Positions 53,376 to 63,490 of a stretch of DNA of 64,000 nt are shown here, in pieces; the first letter of the stretch is position 1; each line of letters opens with the position of its first letter. The DNA comes from Vicinamibacterales bacterium (GTDB lineage: Bacteria; Acidobacteriota; Vicinamibacteria; Vicinamibacterales; 2-12-FULL-66-21): contig DATAEE010000263.1 of NCBI GenBank assembly GCA_036258175.1, positions 1,489 to 65,488 of the forward strand, written 5' to 3'. The notes under the pieces are model-generated. The model worked only from the letters and a program-made list of their open reading frames with translations, did not search any database and was not told the DNA's origin. The translations under genes and the position numbers were made by a program.

Positions 53376-55095
53376 GCACTTCTGGCCTTTTCGGTCGCGC
53401 GTCGCGTGCCGGCGCCGCAGGGACTTCGCGCATCGCCTTCGCTTTCGCTTTTGCTTTTATTTCGCTTTCGCCACGAATGGCGAGCATTTCCCGCGCGCTC
53501 GTGCGCACCGCGGCGGTCGGTTCGGCGCCGGCGATCATGCGGGCGAGTTCCTGCTCGCGAGCGTCCCCTGCTACTGGCGCGATCGACGTCAGAGTACGGC
53601 CGGATTGAACGCGCTTAGTAATCAAGTAGTGCGTGCCGCCGTATGCGGCTATCTGCGGCAGGTGCGTGATGCACAGCACCTGATATTTCGCGCCGAGCTC
53701 CTGCAGCCGTTTTCCCACGACATCCGCCACGGCGCCGCCGATACCAGCATCCACCTCATCGAAGATGAGCGTCTTGCCAGCCGCGTCGGTCGACGCCAGC
53801 GTCTTGAGCGCAAGCATGACTCGTGACAATTCCCCGCCTGACGCGATTCTGGCGAGCGGCCTGACTTCTTCACCTGGATTCGGCGAAATGTACAGCTCTG
53901 CCTGATCGAACCCGTGCTCGCTCCACTGTGACTCCGGAAGCGGCCCGCCGAATCGGACCTCGCAGCGGGTTTTCGCCATCGACAGCTCGGCAAGCGATCG
54001 CTCGAGCGCGCGTGAGAATCTCACAGCGGCCTCGCGCCGGGCTTCAGAGAGTTGTGTGGCAGCCTTGAGAAAGGCGTTTCTCGCCCGGCCAAGCTCCTCG
54101 TCAAGCTGCGTAGCGCGCGAGGAGACTTGCGCGAGCTCTTCGATTTCCATGCGGAGCCGCTCGCGTTTGGCCACGACGTCGGCAAGCGTGGGCCCATGCT
54201 TCTTCTTTAAACGCTCGAGAAGCGCTAGACGATCCTCGACTGCTTGAAGCCTCTGTGGCGAGGCGTCGATCCCGCTCGCATACGATCGGAGGAAGAATGC
54301 TAGATCTTCGAGTTGGGACTTGATCGCGTCGCGAGCATCCGCGTGCGAACGAAAACGGGCGTCGATCGCGGCGAGCTCGCTCACTTTTTTCCAGGTGACG
54401 CCTAGTCCGGCAAGCGCCGCATTTTCCCCGTCGTACAGCGACTCGTACGCCTCAACGCACAACCGCGCAAGCTTGTCCGCGTTCGCCAGTAATTGCCGTT
54501 CGACGGCGAGATCCTCGTCCTCCGTCGGCGCACCAGGCGCCGCCTTCTCGATCTCCGCGAGGTGAAAGCCGGCGAGCTCAAGCCGCGCCACTTTTTGTTG
54601 CTCGTCCATCAACAAACGCTGCCGTTCGCTCGTCAGGGCCCTCCACTGGGAAAAGGCGCCTTCGACCAGTTGCGAAAGCGACGTCACGTTGGCGTAAACG
54701 TCCAGGACGCCGAGGTGCGATCCGGGATCGAGAAGCGCCTGCTGATCGTGCTGACCGTGCAGGTCGACGAGTCCTTCGCAGATTTCCTTCAGCATGGCCG
54801 TAGTCGCGAGTGCACCATCGACGAACGCGCGGCTTCGTCCCTGCGCCGAAATCTCACGGCGGACGAGAATCTCGCGGCCGTCGGACGCTTCGAAAATCGC
54901 CTGGACCGAGGCCGTATCCTCGCCGGTGCGGACGAGGTCGGCCGACGCACGGCCGCCCCCGAGCAGCGCGACCGCCTCGATGACGATCGATTTACCCGCG
55001 CCCGTCTCTCCGGTGAGCACATTCAGCCCCGGTTCGAACTCGACCTCGAGAGCGTCGATGACGGCGACGTTACGGATGCTGAGGAAACGCAGCAT
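53365..55095 (-). CDS. recN: DNA repair protein RecN
   Basis: MLRFLSIRNVAVIDALEVEFEPGLNVLTGETGAGKSI, long coiled coil, ASGGELSRVMLALK, LIFDEVDAGIGG. Confidence 0.9.
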   Translation of the reverse strand: MLRFLSIRNVAVIDALEVEFEPGLNVLTGETGAGKSIVIEAVALLGGGRASADLVRTGEDTASVQAIFEASDGREILVRREISAQGRSRAFVDGALATTAMLKEICEGLVDLHGQHDQQALLDPGSHLGVLDVYANVTSLSQLVEGAFSQWRALTSERQRLLMDEQQKVARLELAGFHLAEIEKAAPGAPTEDEDLAVERQLLANADKLARLCVEAYESLYDGENAALAGLGVTWKKVSELAAIDARFRSHADARDAIKSQLEDLAFFLRSYASGIDASPQRLQAVEDRLALLERLKKKHGPTLADVVAKRERLRMEIEELAQVSSRATQLDEELGRARNAFLKAATQLSEARREAAVRFSRALERSLAELSMAKTRCEVRFGGPLPESQWSEHGFDQAELYISPNPGEEVRPLARIASGGELSRVMLALKTLASTDAAGKTLIFDEVDAGIGGAVADVVGKRLQELGAKYQVLCITHLPQIAAYGGTHYLITKRVQSGRTLTSIAPVAGDAREQELARMIAGAEPTAAVRTSAREMLAIRGESEIKAKAKAKAMREVPAAPARDARPKRPEVRGS

Positions 55096-55123
55096 GGAGG
55101 CGAAGTGCCATTCTATCAGATGT

Positions 55124-55152
55124 TTGACAGCGATCGGGTCGCGTGCTACGCT
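55124..55152 (+). promoter_or_regulatory. Candidate sigma-70 promoter of the tol-pal operon
   Basis: TTGACA (55124..55129), 17 nt, TACGCT (55147..55152), in the recN/tolQ divergent gap. Confidence 0.4.
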
Positions 55153-55191
55153 GTCGCATTCGCGCTGTCCCAGCGGCGCACACGTGTATGT

Positions 55192-55998
55192 GTGGAGGCA
55201 TGCTTGCGCACGCTCGGATGCTACGCCATTGCCCTGGCGCAGGGCGCCGGACTGCCATCCCAGACTGAGCCCGTTCCATCGTCGTCGGATCTCGTCTCGC
55301 TCGTCGCGCGGTCGAGTCCTCTCTCGAAAGTTGTCCTCATCATTCTTTTGGGATTCTCCGCGCTGTCATGGGCGATCATTCTGCTCAAGCTCTGGCAGTT
55401 CCGGCGCGCGGAACGACAGTCCTCGAGTTTCATCGACATCTTTCGACGAAGCGCGCGCTTCTCCGAAGTGCAGGCCGTGTGTGCGTCGCTTGCGGCGAGC
55501 CCGCTGGTCGGATTGTTTCAAGCCGGCTACTCGGAGTTGAACGCGCAACTCCGGCGCGATCAGGTTGCTGCAACGGGCGACCAATCAAAAACACCTGAGG
55601 GGCGTCCAGCCAGCCCGGCCCATCGTCCTACTCTGAAGAGTCTGGACGCCGTCGATCGGGCCCTGCTTCGCGCGTCTACGACCGAAACCAGCAAGCTCGA
55701 GCGCCGTGTGCCGTTTCTCGCGACGACGGCGAGCATCACGCCGTTCATCGGGTTGTTCGGCACCGTGTGGGGGATCATGGGGGCATTCCAGGAGATCGGC
55801 CTCGCGGGTTCGACAAGTCTGGGCGTCGTGGCACCGGGCATCGCGGAAGCGCTGATCGCGACGGCCGCCGGGCTCTTTGCGGCAATCCCGGCCGTGTACT
55901 TCTACAACCATCTCACGCACCGGGTGAAGGAGTTCACGGGTGAAATGGACGATTTTTCGCTCGAGTTCCTGAACCTTGCGGAACGGAATTTCACGTAA
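55192..55998 (+). CDS. tolQ: TolQ (MotA/TolQ/ExbB proton channel)
   Basis: SKVVLIILLGFSALSWAIILLKLWQF...LATTASITPFIGLFGTVWGIMGAF...APGIAEALIATAAGLFAAIPAVYFYN. Start uncertain (GTG 55192 or TTG 55204). Confidence 0.85.
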   Translation: MEACLRTLGCYAIALAQGAGLPSQTEPVPSSSDLVSLVARSSPLSKVVLIILLGFSALSWAIILLKLWQFRRAERQSSSFIDIFRRSARFSEVQAVCASLAASPLVGLFQAGYSELNAQLRRDQVAATGDQSKTPEGRPASPAHRPTLKSLDAVDRALLRASTTETSKLERRVPFLATTASITPFIGLFGTVWGIMGAFQEIGLAGSTSLGVVAPGIAEALIATAAGLFAAIPAVYFYNHLTHRVKEFTGEMDDFSLEFLNLAERNFT

Positions 55999-56006
55999 AG
56001 CGCGTC

Positions 56007-56474
56007 ATGCCGAGGGTTCAACAGATCGGGAGCGGCGGCAACGGACGGACGCGGCGAGGGCGCGGAGCGCGCGTGGCGACGGTGCTCAACGAGATCAACG
56101 TGGTGCCCCTCGTCGACGTGATGCTCGTGCTGTTGATCATCTTCATGGTCACCGCACCGATGATGCAGCAGGGCCTCAATGTGAACCTGCCCCAGTCGCG
56201 ACGCGCCTCGGCGGTGACCGCGGAGCCTATCTACGTCACAGTTCCACTGACGTATCGCACGACGCGTGTCGTTCAGATCGACAAGGACGAAGTACGCGTC
56301 GACATCCTCAACGAGCGAATCAAGCAGGCGCTCCTGACGCGCACCGACAAATCCGTGTTCGTTCGCGGCGACGGCGGCGTCACCTTGCAGGAACTGATGC
56401 AGGTGATGGACAAGCTGAAGGAAGGCGGCGTCGAAAAGGTCGGGATCGTTTCGAGGCCACCCGATGCTCGCTAG
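56007..56474 (+). CDS. tolR: TolR (ExbD/TolR biopolymer transport protein)
   Basis: LNEINVVPLVDVMLVLLIIFMVTAPMMQQGLNVNLP. Confidence 0.85.
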   Translation: MPRVQQIGSGGNGRTRRGRGARVATVLNEINVVPLVDVMLVLLIIFMVTAPMMQQGLNVNLPQSRRASAVTAEPIYVTVPLTYRTTRVVQIDKDEVRVDILNERIKQALLTRTDKSVFVRGDGGVTLQELMQVMDKLKEGGVEKVGIVSRPPDAR

Positions 56475-57219
56475 TCACGTCGACGATGGCCTCGGGCGAA
56501 TGGTTTCAATTTCGCTCGGCGCCCACATGGTCGTGCTCCTGGCGATCGCGCTCGCGCCGTCCAATTGGGGGGCAGCGCGGCGATCGCCAACGACGCCAAT
56601 GGTGATCACACTCGGAGGGACGCCTGGGCCGAGAAGTGGCGGGATGACGGAGATCGGAGGCCGACCGATCCAACAGGCCGTCCCGGCTCCGGCGCCGAAG
56701 CCAGCGCCGGTAACGCCACCGGCGCAGAAGGCGCCCGAGATGGTCTTGCCGGACACGAAGGCCCGGGCGAAACCGGCGGCTCAGACTCCGGCAAAGACAC
56801 CTGACGATGCGAAGGGCCGAAAGCTCGCCACGGGTCAGGAAGTGCGGCCGGGAAGTGCAGTCGCGGAGACGGGGGGGCAAGGCACCGGGTTCGGCCTGAC
56901 GACGGGCGGCGGCCAGGGCATGGGTGGCTATCTCGACGTCGGAAACTTCTGTTGTCCCGAGTACCTCGAAACGATGCGGATGCTGATCACGCGCAACTGG
57001 CGATCGCAGCAGCGCGCGCAAGGCAACGTCCAGGTCAAGTTCACGATCCAGCGAAACGGCGCGCTGACCGACGTCGAGCTCGAGACACGAAGCGGATACT
57101 TTGTCTTGGATACCGAGGCGCAGCGGGCGATTCTGTTGACCAAGCAGCTCCCACCGCTGCCGTCCGCGTTCACTGAGGACCACCTGACGGTGCACCTCAT
57201 CTTTCAGTACAAACCGTGA
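56464..57219 (+). CDS. tolA: TolA-like protein with TonB-type C-terminal domain
   Basis: One TM (MVSISLGAHMVVLLAIALAP), a Pro/Ala-rich spacer, then a C-terminal domain GNVQVKFTIQRNGALTDVELETRSGYFVLDTEAQRAI. Positioned between tolR and tolB. Confidence 0.7.
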   Translation: MLASHVDDGLGRMVSISLGAHMVVLLAIALAPSNWGAARRSPTTPMVITLGGTPGPRSGGMTEIGGRPIQQAVPAPAPKPAPVTPPAQKAPEMVLPDTKARAKPAAQTPAKTPDDAKGRKLATGQEVRPGSAVAETGGQGTGFGLTTGGGQGMGGYLDVGNFCCPEYLETMRMLITRNWRSQQRAQGNVQVKFTIQRNGALTDVELETRSGYFVLDTEAQRAILLTKQLPPLPSAFTEDHLTVHLIFQYKP

Positions 57220-58607
57220 TGCTGAAACTGTTCTCCAGCGGATTCGCTCTCGTCGTGGCAGGCTCGATTTCACTCGCGGCCGTGTGGCAAACGCCGCCGC
57301 CTCAACCGGCGCAACCCACTCCCCCGCCCGCCCAACCGACGGAGATCGAGCTGATCATCGGCGGCGCGGAAAGCGGCGCGCCGCCCAAGTACGCGGTACC
57401 GGAATTTCTGGCGCTCTCGAACGATCGCGAGACGACCGAAGCGGCCAAGGTGATCGGCGAAGTGCTCTTCCGCGATCTCGAGTTTGAGCGGGAGTTCTAT
57501 CTGATCGCGCGCGACACGTATCGCTCCATCCCGCGCGCGAGCTCGATCGATACGGTTCCATTCGATCGCTGGCGCGAGCTGGGCGCGGACGCGGTCGTCA
57601 GCGGCGCCGTATCGCGCACCGACAAGGGCGTTGCGGTGCAGATACGGCTGTACAACGTCCGGACCCAGCAGGCGGTTTTCGCGCGGGAGTATGCAGGGTC
57701 CGCGGCCAACCCCCGGCTGTACGCGCACACGGCCGCAGACGAGATTCACCAGCATCAACGCGCGCTGCGAGGAGTGGCGCGGACCAAGCTCACGTTTACG
57801 TCGGATCGGGACGGCGAGAATCTCCGCGGCCCTGTCGGCGATCGCGCGATCCAGGAGATTTACATCGCCGACTACGACGGCTTCAACCAGCGTCGCGTCA
57901 CGGTTGGCCGCAACTTGAACCTGTCGCCGGTCTGGTCGCCCGATTCGCGTGCGCTGGCGTACACGTCATACCGGAAAGGCTTTCCAGACATCCTCGTGTC
58001 GTTCATCTATCAGGGAAAACTCGAGTACCCCACGCAAGGGACGGAGCGCAATCACAACTTTCTGCCGGCATGGTCGCCAGACGGTTCTCAGATTGCGTTC
58101 GTCTCGAACCGTGACGGCAACTCGGAGATTTACGTCGCGAATGCGAACGGCAGCAACGTCCGGCGTCTCACCAACCATCCGTCGATCGACGTCACGCCCA
58201 CGTGGTCGCCGACCGGAAACCAGCTGGCGTTCACATCCGACCGGTCGGGGTCGCCGCAGATCTACATGATCGGTGCGGAAGGTGCGGGGCTGAGACGCGT
58301 CACCACCGAATCGTACTGCGATCGGCCGACCTGGTCGCCCGCGCCATTCAACGAGATCGCATACGCTTCCCGCACCGGCCCGGGGTACGACATCAAGATC
58401 TACGACATCGCGTCAGGCGCCATCCGGCAGATCACCTCCGGAGAGGGATCGAACGAAAGCCCCGCCTTCGCGCCCAATGGGCGGCATCTGGCTTTTACGT
58501 CGACGCGTAACGGCAAAGCTCACATCTTCACGATCGCGCGCGATGGCAAGGACGTTCGACAGGTGACACGTGACGGAAACAACCGGTATCCGAACTGGTC
58601 GTATTAG
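57216..58607 (+). CDS. tolB: TolB beta-propeller protein
   Basis: Repeated ...PVWSPDSRALAYTS..., PAWSPDGSQIAFVSNRDGNSEIYV, PTWSPTGNQLAFTSDRSGSPQIYM, PAFAPNGRHLAFTSTRNG. ATG at 57219 is the alternative start. Confidence 0.9.
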   Translation: MMLKLFSSGFALVVAGSISLAAVWQTPPPQPAQPTPPPAQPTEIELIIGGAESGAPPKYAVPEFLALSNDRETTEAAKVIGEVLFRDLEFEREFYLIARDTYRSIPRASSIDTVPFDRWRELGADAVVSGAVSRTDKGVAVQIRLYNVRTQQAVFAREYAGSAANPRLYAHTAADEIHQHQRALRGVARTKLTFTSDRDGENLRGPVGDRAIQEIYIADYDGFNQRRVTVGRNLNLSPVWSPDSRALAYTSYRKGFPDILVSFIYQGKLEYPTQGTERNHNFLPAWSPDGSQIAFVSNRDGNSEIYVANANGSNVRRLTNHPSIDVTPTWSPTGNQLAFTSDRSGSPQIYMIGAEGAGLRRVTTESYCDRPTWSPAPFNEIAYASRTGPGYDIKIYDIASGAIRQITSGEGSNESPAFAPNGRHLAFTSTRNGKAHIFTIARDGKDVRQVTRDGNNRYPNWSY

Positions 58608-58750
58608 GCTGATGCGTGAATCGACACACGATCGTTCGAAACAGCGCGCCGAGCGATGAGCGAGGCGTGGCCCTTCGGCGGGCTCAAGGCCAACCTGAGC
58701 GCAGTCGAAGGTTGGCAAGCGCTGGGGGTGGGGCCCCAGCGCGAAGGAAA

Positions 58751-59329
58751 ATGATGACGAGACTGAAAGAGACAGAGCGTCTGATCCTGATCGTCTTGCT
58801 GGCCGCGACAGCTGCCTGCGGCGGTCCCAAGACTCCTCCGGTCGCGCGGCCCGCGCCGCCGCCGCCGGTCCTCGATGCGGCGGGCCGGCCGCTGCCGCCG
58901 TCTCCCGTGACGGAGCCGACCGTCGTTCCGCCGGAGCCGGTCATCGAGGATGCGGGTCTGAACGCCAAGGATCTCGACACGCTCAACCGCGACTCCCCGC
59001 TTCAGCCCGCGTTCTTCGCGTACGACAGCTCGGAGCTCGACAGCGCCGCGCAGCAGGCGCTCAATGCCAACGCGCAGCTGCTGAAGCAGTACGCCACATG
59101 GGTGATCACCATCGAAGGGCACGCCGACGAGCGCGGCACGGCGGAGTACAATCTGGCGCTGGGCGAACGCCGCGCGCTCACAGCGAGAAACTATCTGATC
59201 TCGCTCGGCATCGCCGCGGACAGGTTGCGGACGATCAGCTACGGCAAGGAGTTTCCCTTCGACCCGCTGCACAGCGAGTCAGCCTGGTCGAAGAACCGCC
59301 GCGCCCATTTTGTGATCACGGCGAAGTAG
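58751..59329 (+). CDS. pal: Peptidoglycan-associated lipoprotein Pal (OmpA family)
   Basis: LILIVLLAATAACGG lipobox. OmpA-like IEGHADERGTAEYNLALGERRALTARNYLISLGI...SYGKE...AWSKNRRAHF. Confidence 0.9.
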   Translation: MMTRLKETERLILIVLLAATAACGGPKTPPVARPAPPPPVLDAAGRPLPPSPVTEPTVVPPEPVIEDAGLNAKDLDTLNRDSPLQPAFFAYDSSELDSAAQQALNANAQLLKQYATWVITIEGHADERGTAEYNLALGERRALTARNYLISLGIAADRLRTISYGKEFPFDPLHSESAWSKNRRAHFVITAK

Positions 59330-59339
59330 GATTGAACAG

Positions 59340-60176
59340 ATGAAGACCAGAATCGCGATGCTCGTCGCGGTGGCCGCTCTCATGACGGGTTCGCCCGCAG
59401 GCGCCGCGAACCGCGAGCACCAGGTCATGATGGCCGAGATCCGGATGCTCCAGGAGCAGACCCAGCAGCTTCAGCTCATGATCTCGACCCTCGCCGACTC
59501 GGTAAAGCAGGTCACCTCGAAGATCGACGATCAGTCAGCCCTCACCCGGAAGGCGTTCGCCGACCAGAAGGTGCTCGTCGACAACGTCGCAGAAGGCGTC
59601 CGCGTACTTCGCGAGAAAGTCGACGAGACCAACGTGCGCATCTCGTCGCTGACGCAGGAAATGGAAGGTCTGCGCATCTCGGTTCCGACGCAGCCGTCGC
59701 CCGGCGCACCGCCGCCAACGGAAGGCGGCACGGTCCCACCCGGCCAACCGGCTCCGCAGCCAGCGGCCCCCGCGACACCGACGGCCGGCGCGTCGCCCCA
59801 GGAAATCTACCGTCAGGCCTATGCCGACTACACGGCTGGCCAATGGGATCTCGCGATCACCGGCTTTCAGGCGTACATCAAGAGCTTTCCGAAGCTGCAG
59901 GACGCTGACGACGCGCAGTACTACATCGGCGAATCGCACTTCGCGGCCGGCCGTTTCAAGGAGGCGGCGGCGGCGTACAACGACGTCATCACGACCTACC
60001 CGGGAACGAACGCGGTGCCGCAGGCGATGTACAAACTCGGGCTCGCATACGAGAGGCTCGGTCAGTCGGACCGCGCCCGGCAGACGCTCGAGGCCGTGAT
60101 GAAAGCGTACCCGGATGATGCGATGGCGACGCTCGCGAAACAGGCGCTCGATCGACTGGCGAAGCCGAAGCAGTAG
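59340..60176 (+). CDS. cpoB: Tol-Pal system protein YbgF/CpoB
   Basis: Signal peptide, N-terminal coiled coil, Pro-rich linker, C-terminal TPRs (YRQAYADYTAGQWDLAITGFQAYIKSFP...AQYYIGESHF). Confidence 0.8.
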   Translation: MKTRIAMLVAVAALMTGSPAGAANREHQVMMAEIRMLQEQTQQLQLMISTLADSVKQVTSKIDDQSALTRKAFADQKVLVDNVAEGVRVLREKVDETNVRISSLTQEMEGLRISVPTQPSPGAPPPTEGGTVPPGQPAPQPAAPATPTAGASPQEIYRQAYADYTAGQWDLAITGFQAYIKSFPKLQDADDAQYYIGESHFAAGRFKEAAAAYNDVITTYPGTNAVPQAMYKLGLAYERLGQSDRARQTLEAVMKAYPDDAMATLAKQALDRLAKPKQ

Positions 60177-60194
60177 TGTTATCGTCGTCGGTCT

Positions 60195-60626
60195 ATGGGT
60201 AGCGTCAACAAAGTGATTCTTGTCGGGAATCTCGGTCGCGATGCGGAGCTGCGCTACACGCCTGGTGGCGCTGCAGTCGCGACGCTGAGCCTCGCCACGA
60301 CGGAAGTGTGGAACGACAAAGGCGGCCAGCGACAGGAGAAGACCGAGTGGCACCGCGTCGTGCTCTGGGGCAAGCAGGCTGAGACGCTCAACGAATACCT
60401 GATGAAGGGAAAGCAGATTTACGTCGAGGGACGGCTCCAGACGCGCGAGTGGAACGACAAGGATGGCAACAAGCGATACACGACCGAGATCCGCGGCGAT
60501 CGCGTGGTGCTGCTCGGCGGCGGAGGGGGCGGAGGACGCCGCGAGGCGCCGACACGCACTCCGCAGGAGTCAGTAGAACCGCACGAACCGGTCGTTCCGG
60601 TTACGGACGACGATATTCCCTTCTGA
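60195..60626 (+). CDS. ssb: Single-stranded DNA-binding protein
   Basis: [37 protein letters not shown]...[14 protein letters not shown], Gly-rich tail, acidic tip DDDIPF. Confidence 0.95.
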   Translation: MGSVNKVILVGNLGRDAELRYTPGGAAVATLSLATTEVWNDKGGQRQEKTEWHRVVLWGKQAETLNEYLMKGKQIYVEGRLQTREWNDKDGNKRYTTEIRGDRVVLLGGGGGGGRREAPTRTPQESVEPHEPVVPVTDDDIPF

Positions 60627-60646
60627 GGACAAGATCTTCGCAGCAC

Positions 60647-60666
60647 GCCCGGCCTGAAGGCTGGGC
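60647..60666. terminator. Hairpin between convergent ssb and cupin genes
   Basis: GCCCGGCC-TGAA-GGCTGGGC is an 8-bp stem with one G-U pair, 21 nt after the ssb stop and abutting the cupin stop. Confidence 0.35.
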
Positions 60667-61023
60667 CTACTCGTCCACGCGGCCGTACCTATCTTCGAGT
60701 CTCACCACATCGTCGAGTTCCGGCGTCGAGGCTTCGAGGATGTCCGAGTCTTCGATGGCGGTCATGCGGTGGACCGTCTTGGGGACGATGTGGACGCTCT
60801 CGCCGGGGCGCATGTCGCGTCTGACCAGGCGCTCCCCTTCCTGAATCTCGAAGAGCAGCCGACCGGAGTGGAGGTAGATCGTTTCGTCCTTGACGTTGTG
60901 GTACTGAAGGCTGAGCGCGTGGCCTGCCTTGACGTGAATAATCTTCCCGACGTACCGGTCGGTCTTCGCCCAATGCAGTTCGTATCCCCACGGCTTCTCC
61001 ACGCGCGTCACATCTTTCGGCAT
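60667..61023 (-). CDS. Cupin-domain protein (mannose-6-phosphate isomerase type II C-terminal-like)
   Basis: EKPWGYELHWAKTDRYVGKIIHVKAGHALSLQYHNVKDETIYLHSGRL...GESVHIVPKTVHRM. Confidence 0.7.
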   Translation of the reverse strand: MPKDVTRVEKPWGYELHWAKTDRYVGKIIHVKAGHALSLQYHNVKDETIYLHSGRLLFEIQEGERLVRRDMRPGESVHIVPKTVHRMTAIEDSDILEASTPELDDVVRLEDRYGRVDE

Positions 61024-61059
61024 CGGAATCCTCGGAATCCCAGCATCGATGATCGTTCG

Positions 61060-62766
61060 TCAGGCGCGGCGTTCGTCGGTGAGCTCCGCTGCCAATCCAC
61101 TTTCAACGTCTTCGGCGGTTGAGGCACGCAGCGCACGGGCGGCGAGCCTCCGCGCATCCGCCGCCGGCGTCGCGCGAAGGACCTGCGTGACGAGCGGGAT
61201 CGCCCCCGCCCGCATGCTCAGTTCCGTCACGCCGAGTCCCACCAGGAGTACGGCAAGCGCCGGATCGGCGGCCATCTCGCCGCACACCGACAGAGGTCGC
61301 GATTGACGGCGCGCGCCGCGGACGGCGCTCCGCACGAGGCGCAGGATCGCGGGGTGCAGCGGGTTGTACAGATGCGAGACGCGCTCGTCTGCACGGTCAA
61401 CCGCCAGCGCGAATTGGACGAGATCGTTTGTCCCCACCGCAAGAAAGTCTGCCTCAGCCCCCAGCACGTCGGCCGCGACCGCTGCGGCAGGCACTTCAAT
61501 CATGGCGCCGACCGGAACGGGCTGCGGGGCCTCTCCGACAGAGACAAGATCCGCGGCGATCTCCGCGATAAGCCTGCGCGCCTCGCGCAGTTCGTCCAGG
61601 CCGGTCACGAATGGCAACAGGATACGTAGCCGTCCGTGGCGCGAAGCCCGCAGCAGCGCACGAAGCTGGACGACGAAGGGCTCCCGTCGCGCAAGGCTGA
61701 GGCGCAGCCCCCGCAGCCCCGCGCGGCCACGAGGCTCGCGGTCGTCGTCGACGGCGTCAAAGGTCCGAATTGTCACCGGCAACGGCGCCATAGCCTCGAG
61801 GACGCCGCGATAGGCATCGTACTGGACGGATTCCGCTGCCGAACCTGGGGCCGCACCGAGCAGGAATTCCGATCGGCATAAACCGATTCCCTGCGCGCCG
61901 TTCGCTCGCGCTCCTGCGACCTCGTCCGCCACTTCGATGTTGACCTCGAGCGTCACCGAGACGCCGTCGGGCGTAACCGCCGGCAAATTCTGGAATTCGA
62001 CGACCGCTGCAGACGGACGACTTAATCGCGGCGCGTCAAGTGCTACTAGCTCTTCGTCCGAAGGGTCGACGCGCACGTCGCCTGAAGTGCCGTCGATAGC
62101 AAGCCGGGATCCGGGCGGTACGAGCCTGGTCGCGCCGTTGAGACCGACGACTGCCGGGACATGGAGTGACCGCGCGAGGATGGCGGTGTGGTAGGTCCAG
62201 CTTCCCGCGTCAGACACGAAACCAACGACCTCAGCCCAGTCGACCTGCGCGGCGACAGACGCGGACAGCTCGTCGGCCACGAGGATCACCGGCCCTCGAA
62301 GACTTGCAAGCCTGCCGGACAACGGTTGCGGTCCTGCGTCTCGAAGGTTCAAGCGCAGACGTCCTGCGACGTCCGCAATATCCGCTTTTCGTTCCCGAAG
62401 ATACGCATCTGCGGCGCGATCGAATGCGGCGATCAGGTCATCAGCCGCGCGGCGAAGCGCCCACTCGGCGTTGATGCGCTCGCCGCGAATCAGATCGCTG
62501 GCCCGGCCCGTCAGCATCGGATCATCGAGCATGAGCAATTGCGCATCGAAAATCGACGCCGGTTCCGGGTCGTCGCCCCGCCCGAGCTGTTCGCGAATCT
62601 CGCCGAGCTGACGGCGAGCCAGATCCGTTGCGCGAACGAGTCGTTCCACTTGGCGATCCACTTCCTCCGCCGCGACGCGATACCGGACATCGTGCGCGCG
62701 GTGCGTAAGGACAAGCGCACGGCCGACTGCGACGCCGGGCGACACGCCACGTCCCGTCAGGCGCAT
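61060..62766 (-). CDS. ptsI: Phosphoenolpyruvate-protein phosphotransferase (PTS Enzyme I)
   Basis: MRLTGRGVSPGVAVGRALV..., phospho-His region GSWTYHTAILARSLHVPAVVG, PEP-utilising TIM barrel GIGLCRSEFL...FLAVGTNDLVQF. Confidence 0.9.
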   Translation of the reverse strand: MRLTGRGVSPGVAVGRALVLTHRAHDVRYRVAAEEVDRQVERLVRATDLARRQLGEIREQLGRGDDPEPASIFDAQLLMLDDPMLTGRASDLIRGERINAEWALRRAADDLIAAFDRAADAYLRERKADIADVAGRLRLNLRDAGPQPLSGRLASLRGPVILVADELSASVAAQVDWAEVVGFVSDAGSWTYHTAILARSLHVPAVVGLNGATRLVPPGSRLAIDGTSGDVRVDPSDEELVALDAPRLSRPSAAVVEFQNLPAVTPDGVSVTLEVNIEVADEVAGARANGAQGIGLCRSEFLLGAAPGSAAESVQYDAYRGVLEAMAPLPVTIRTFDAVDDDREPRGRAGLRGLRLSLARREPFVVQLRALLRASRHGRLRILLPFVTGLDELREARRLIAEIAADLVSVGEAPQPVPVGAMIEVPAAAVAADVLGAEADFLAVGTNDLVQFALAVDRADERVSHLYNPLHPAILRLVRSAVRGARRQSRPLSVCGEMAADPALAVLLVGLGVTELSMRAGAIPLVTQVLRATPAADARRLAARALRASTAEDVESGLAAELTDERRA

Positions 62767-63035
62767 GGTGTCGAGTCCCCGAAGCTGTCGGCGACGAGGC
62801 AGCAGAGAGTGGAAACGGCCAGCGCTTCGTCCGGACCGTCCGCCGAGATCACTATCGTGCTCCCGCGTGCCGCGGCGAGCAGGAGCAGGCCGAGGATGCT
62901 CTTGCCGTCCACTTCGCGGCCGCCGCGCGAGACGCGAACACGGGCCGCAAAACCGCCGGCCGCCTGGACGAATCGGGCGGCGGCACGGGCGTGCATGCCC
63001 AACGCGTTGACGATCGTCGCGCTCTGAGACGTCAC
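62757..63035 (-). CDS. ptsH: HPr family phosphocarrier protein
   Basis: TIVNALGMHARAAARFV (active-site His15 context), GKSILGLLLLAAARGS (Ser46 region). 10-nt overlap with ptsI. Confidence 0.85.
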   Translation of the reverse strand: MTSQSATIVNALGMHARAAARFVQAAGGFAARVRVSRGGREVDGKSILGLLLLAAARGSTIVISADGPDEALAVSTLCCLVADSFGDSTPCA

Positions 63036-63490
63036 GGCATCGTTACTTCACGAGATGGATCTCGATCGCTTCTCAACAGGTCGGACGCGACCCAGATCGC
63101 GTGCCGGCCGTGCTCGCGCATTGCGCGTGCGACCGCAAGCAAGTCGCTCGAGGCCTGCGGGCGCGCGAGCTTGATCAGCATCGGCAGGTTGACGCCGGTA
63201 ATCACCTCGACGCGGTTGTCGTCGAGGAACGTGACGCCCAGATTCGCCGGCGTGCCGCCGAACATGTCGGTCAGCACGAGCACGCCGCCCGGCTTCTGGA
63301 CCCGCGCGATCGCCCGCTCGATCTCCTGCCGCGCCGATTCGACATCGACGTGCCAGCCGATCGACACCGCGGCGAAGTGCGGCAGATCTCCGACAATCAT
63401 CTCGGCTGCATTCACGAGTTCTGTTGCCAGCTGGCCGTGGGTCACGACGACCACGCCAATCATCGGCTGGGTTCCCGTTCCACTACTCAT
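63032..63490 (-). CDS. PTS EIIA component, mannose/fructose (EIIA-Man) family
   Basis: MIGVVVVTHGQLATELVNAAEMIVG (phospho-His in VTHG), VLVLTDMFGGTPAN. ATG at 63463 is the alternative start. ATGA-type overlap with ptsH. Confidence 0.8.
   Translation of the reverse strand: MSSGTGTQPMIGVVVVTHGQLATELVNAAEMIVGDLPHFAAVSIGWHVDVESARQEIERAIARVQKPGGVLVLTDMFGGTPANLGVTFLDDNRVEVITGVNLPMLIKLARPQASSDLLAVARAMREHGRHAIWVASDLLRSDRDPSREVTMP

Noticed and set aside
55096-55191. SOS (LexA) box upstream of recN
   Set aside because: No CTGT-N8-ACAG, GAAC-N4-GTTC or GTTC-N7-GTTC pattern is present. The ACAGCG...CGCTGT repeat has the wrong polarity and spacing and overlaps the tol promoter.
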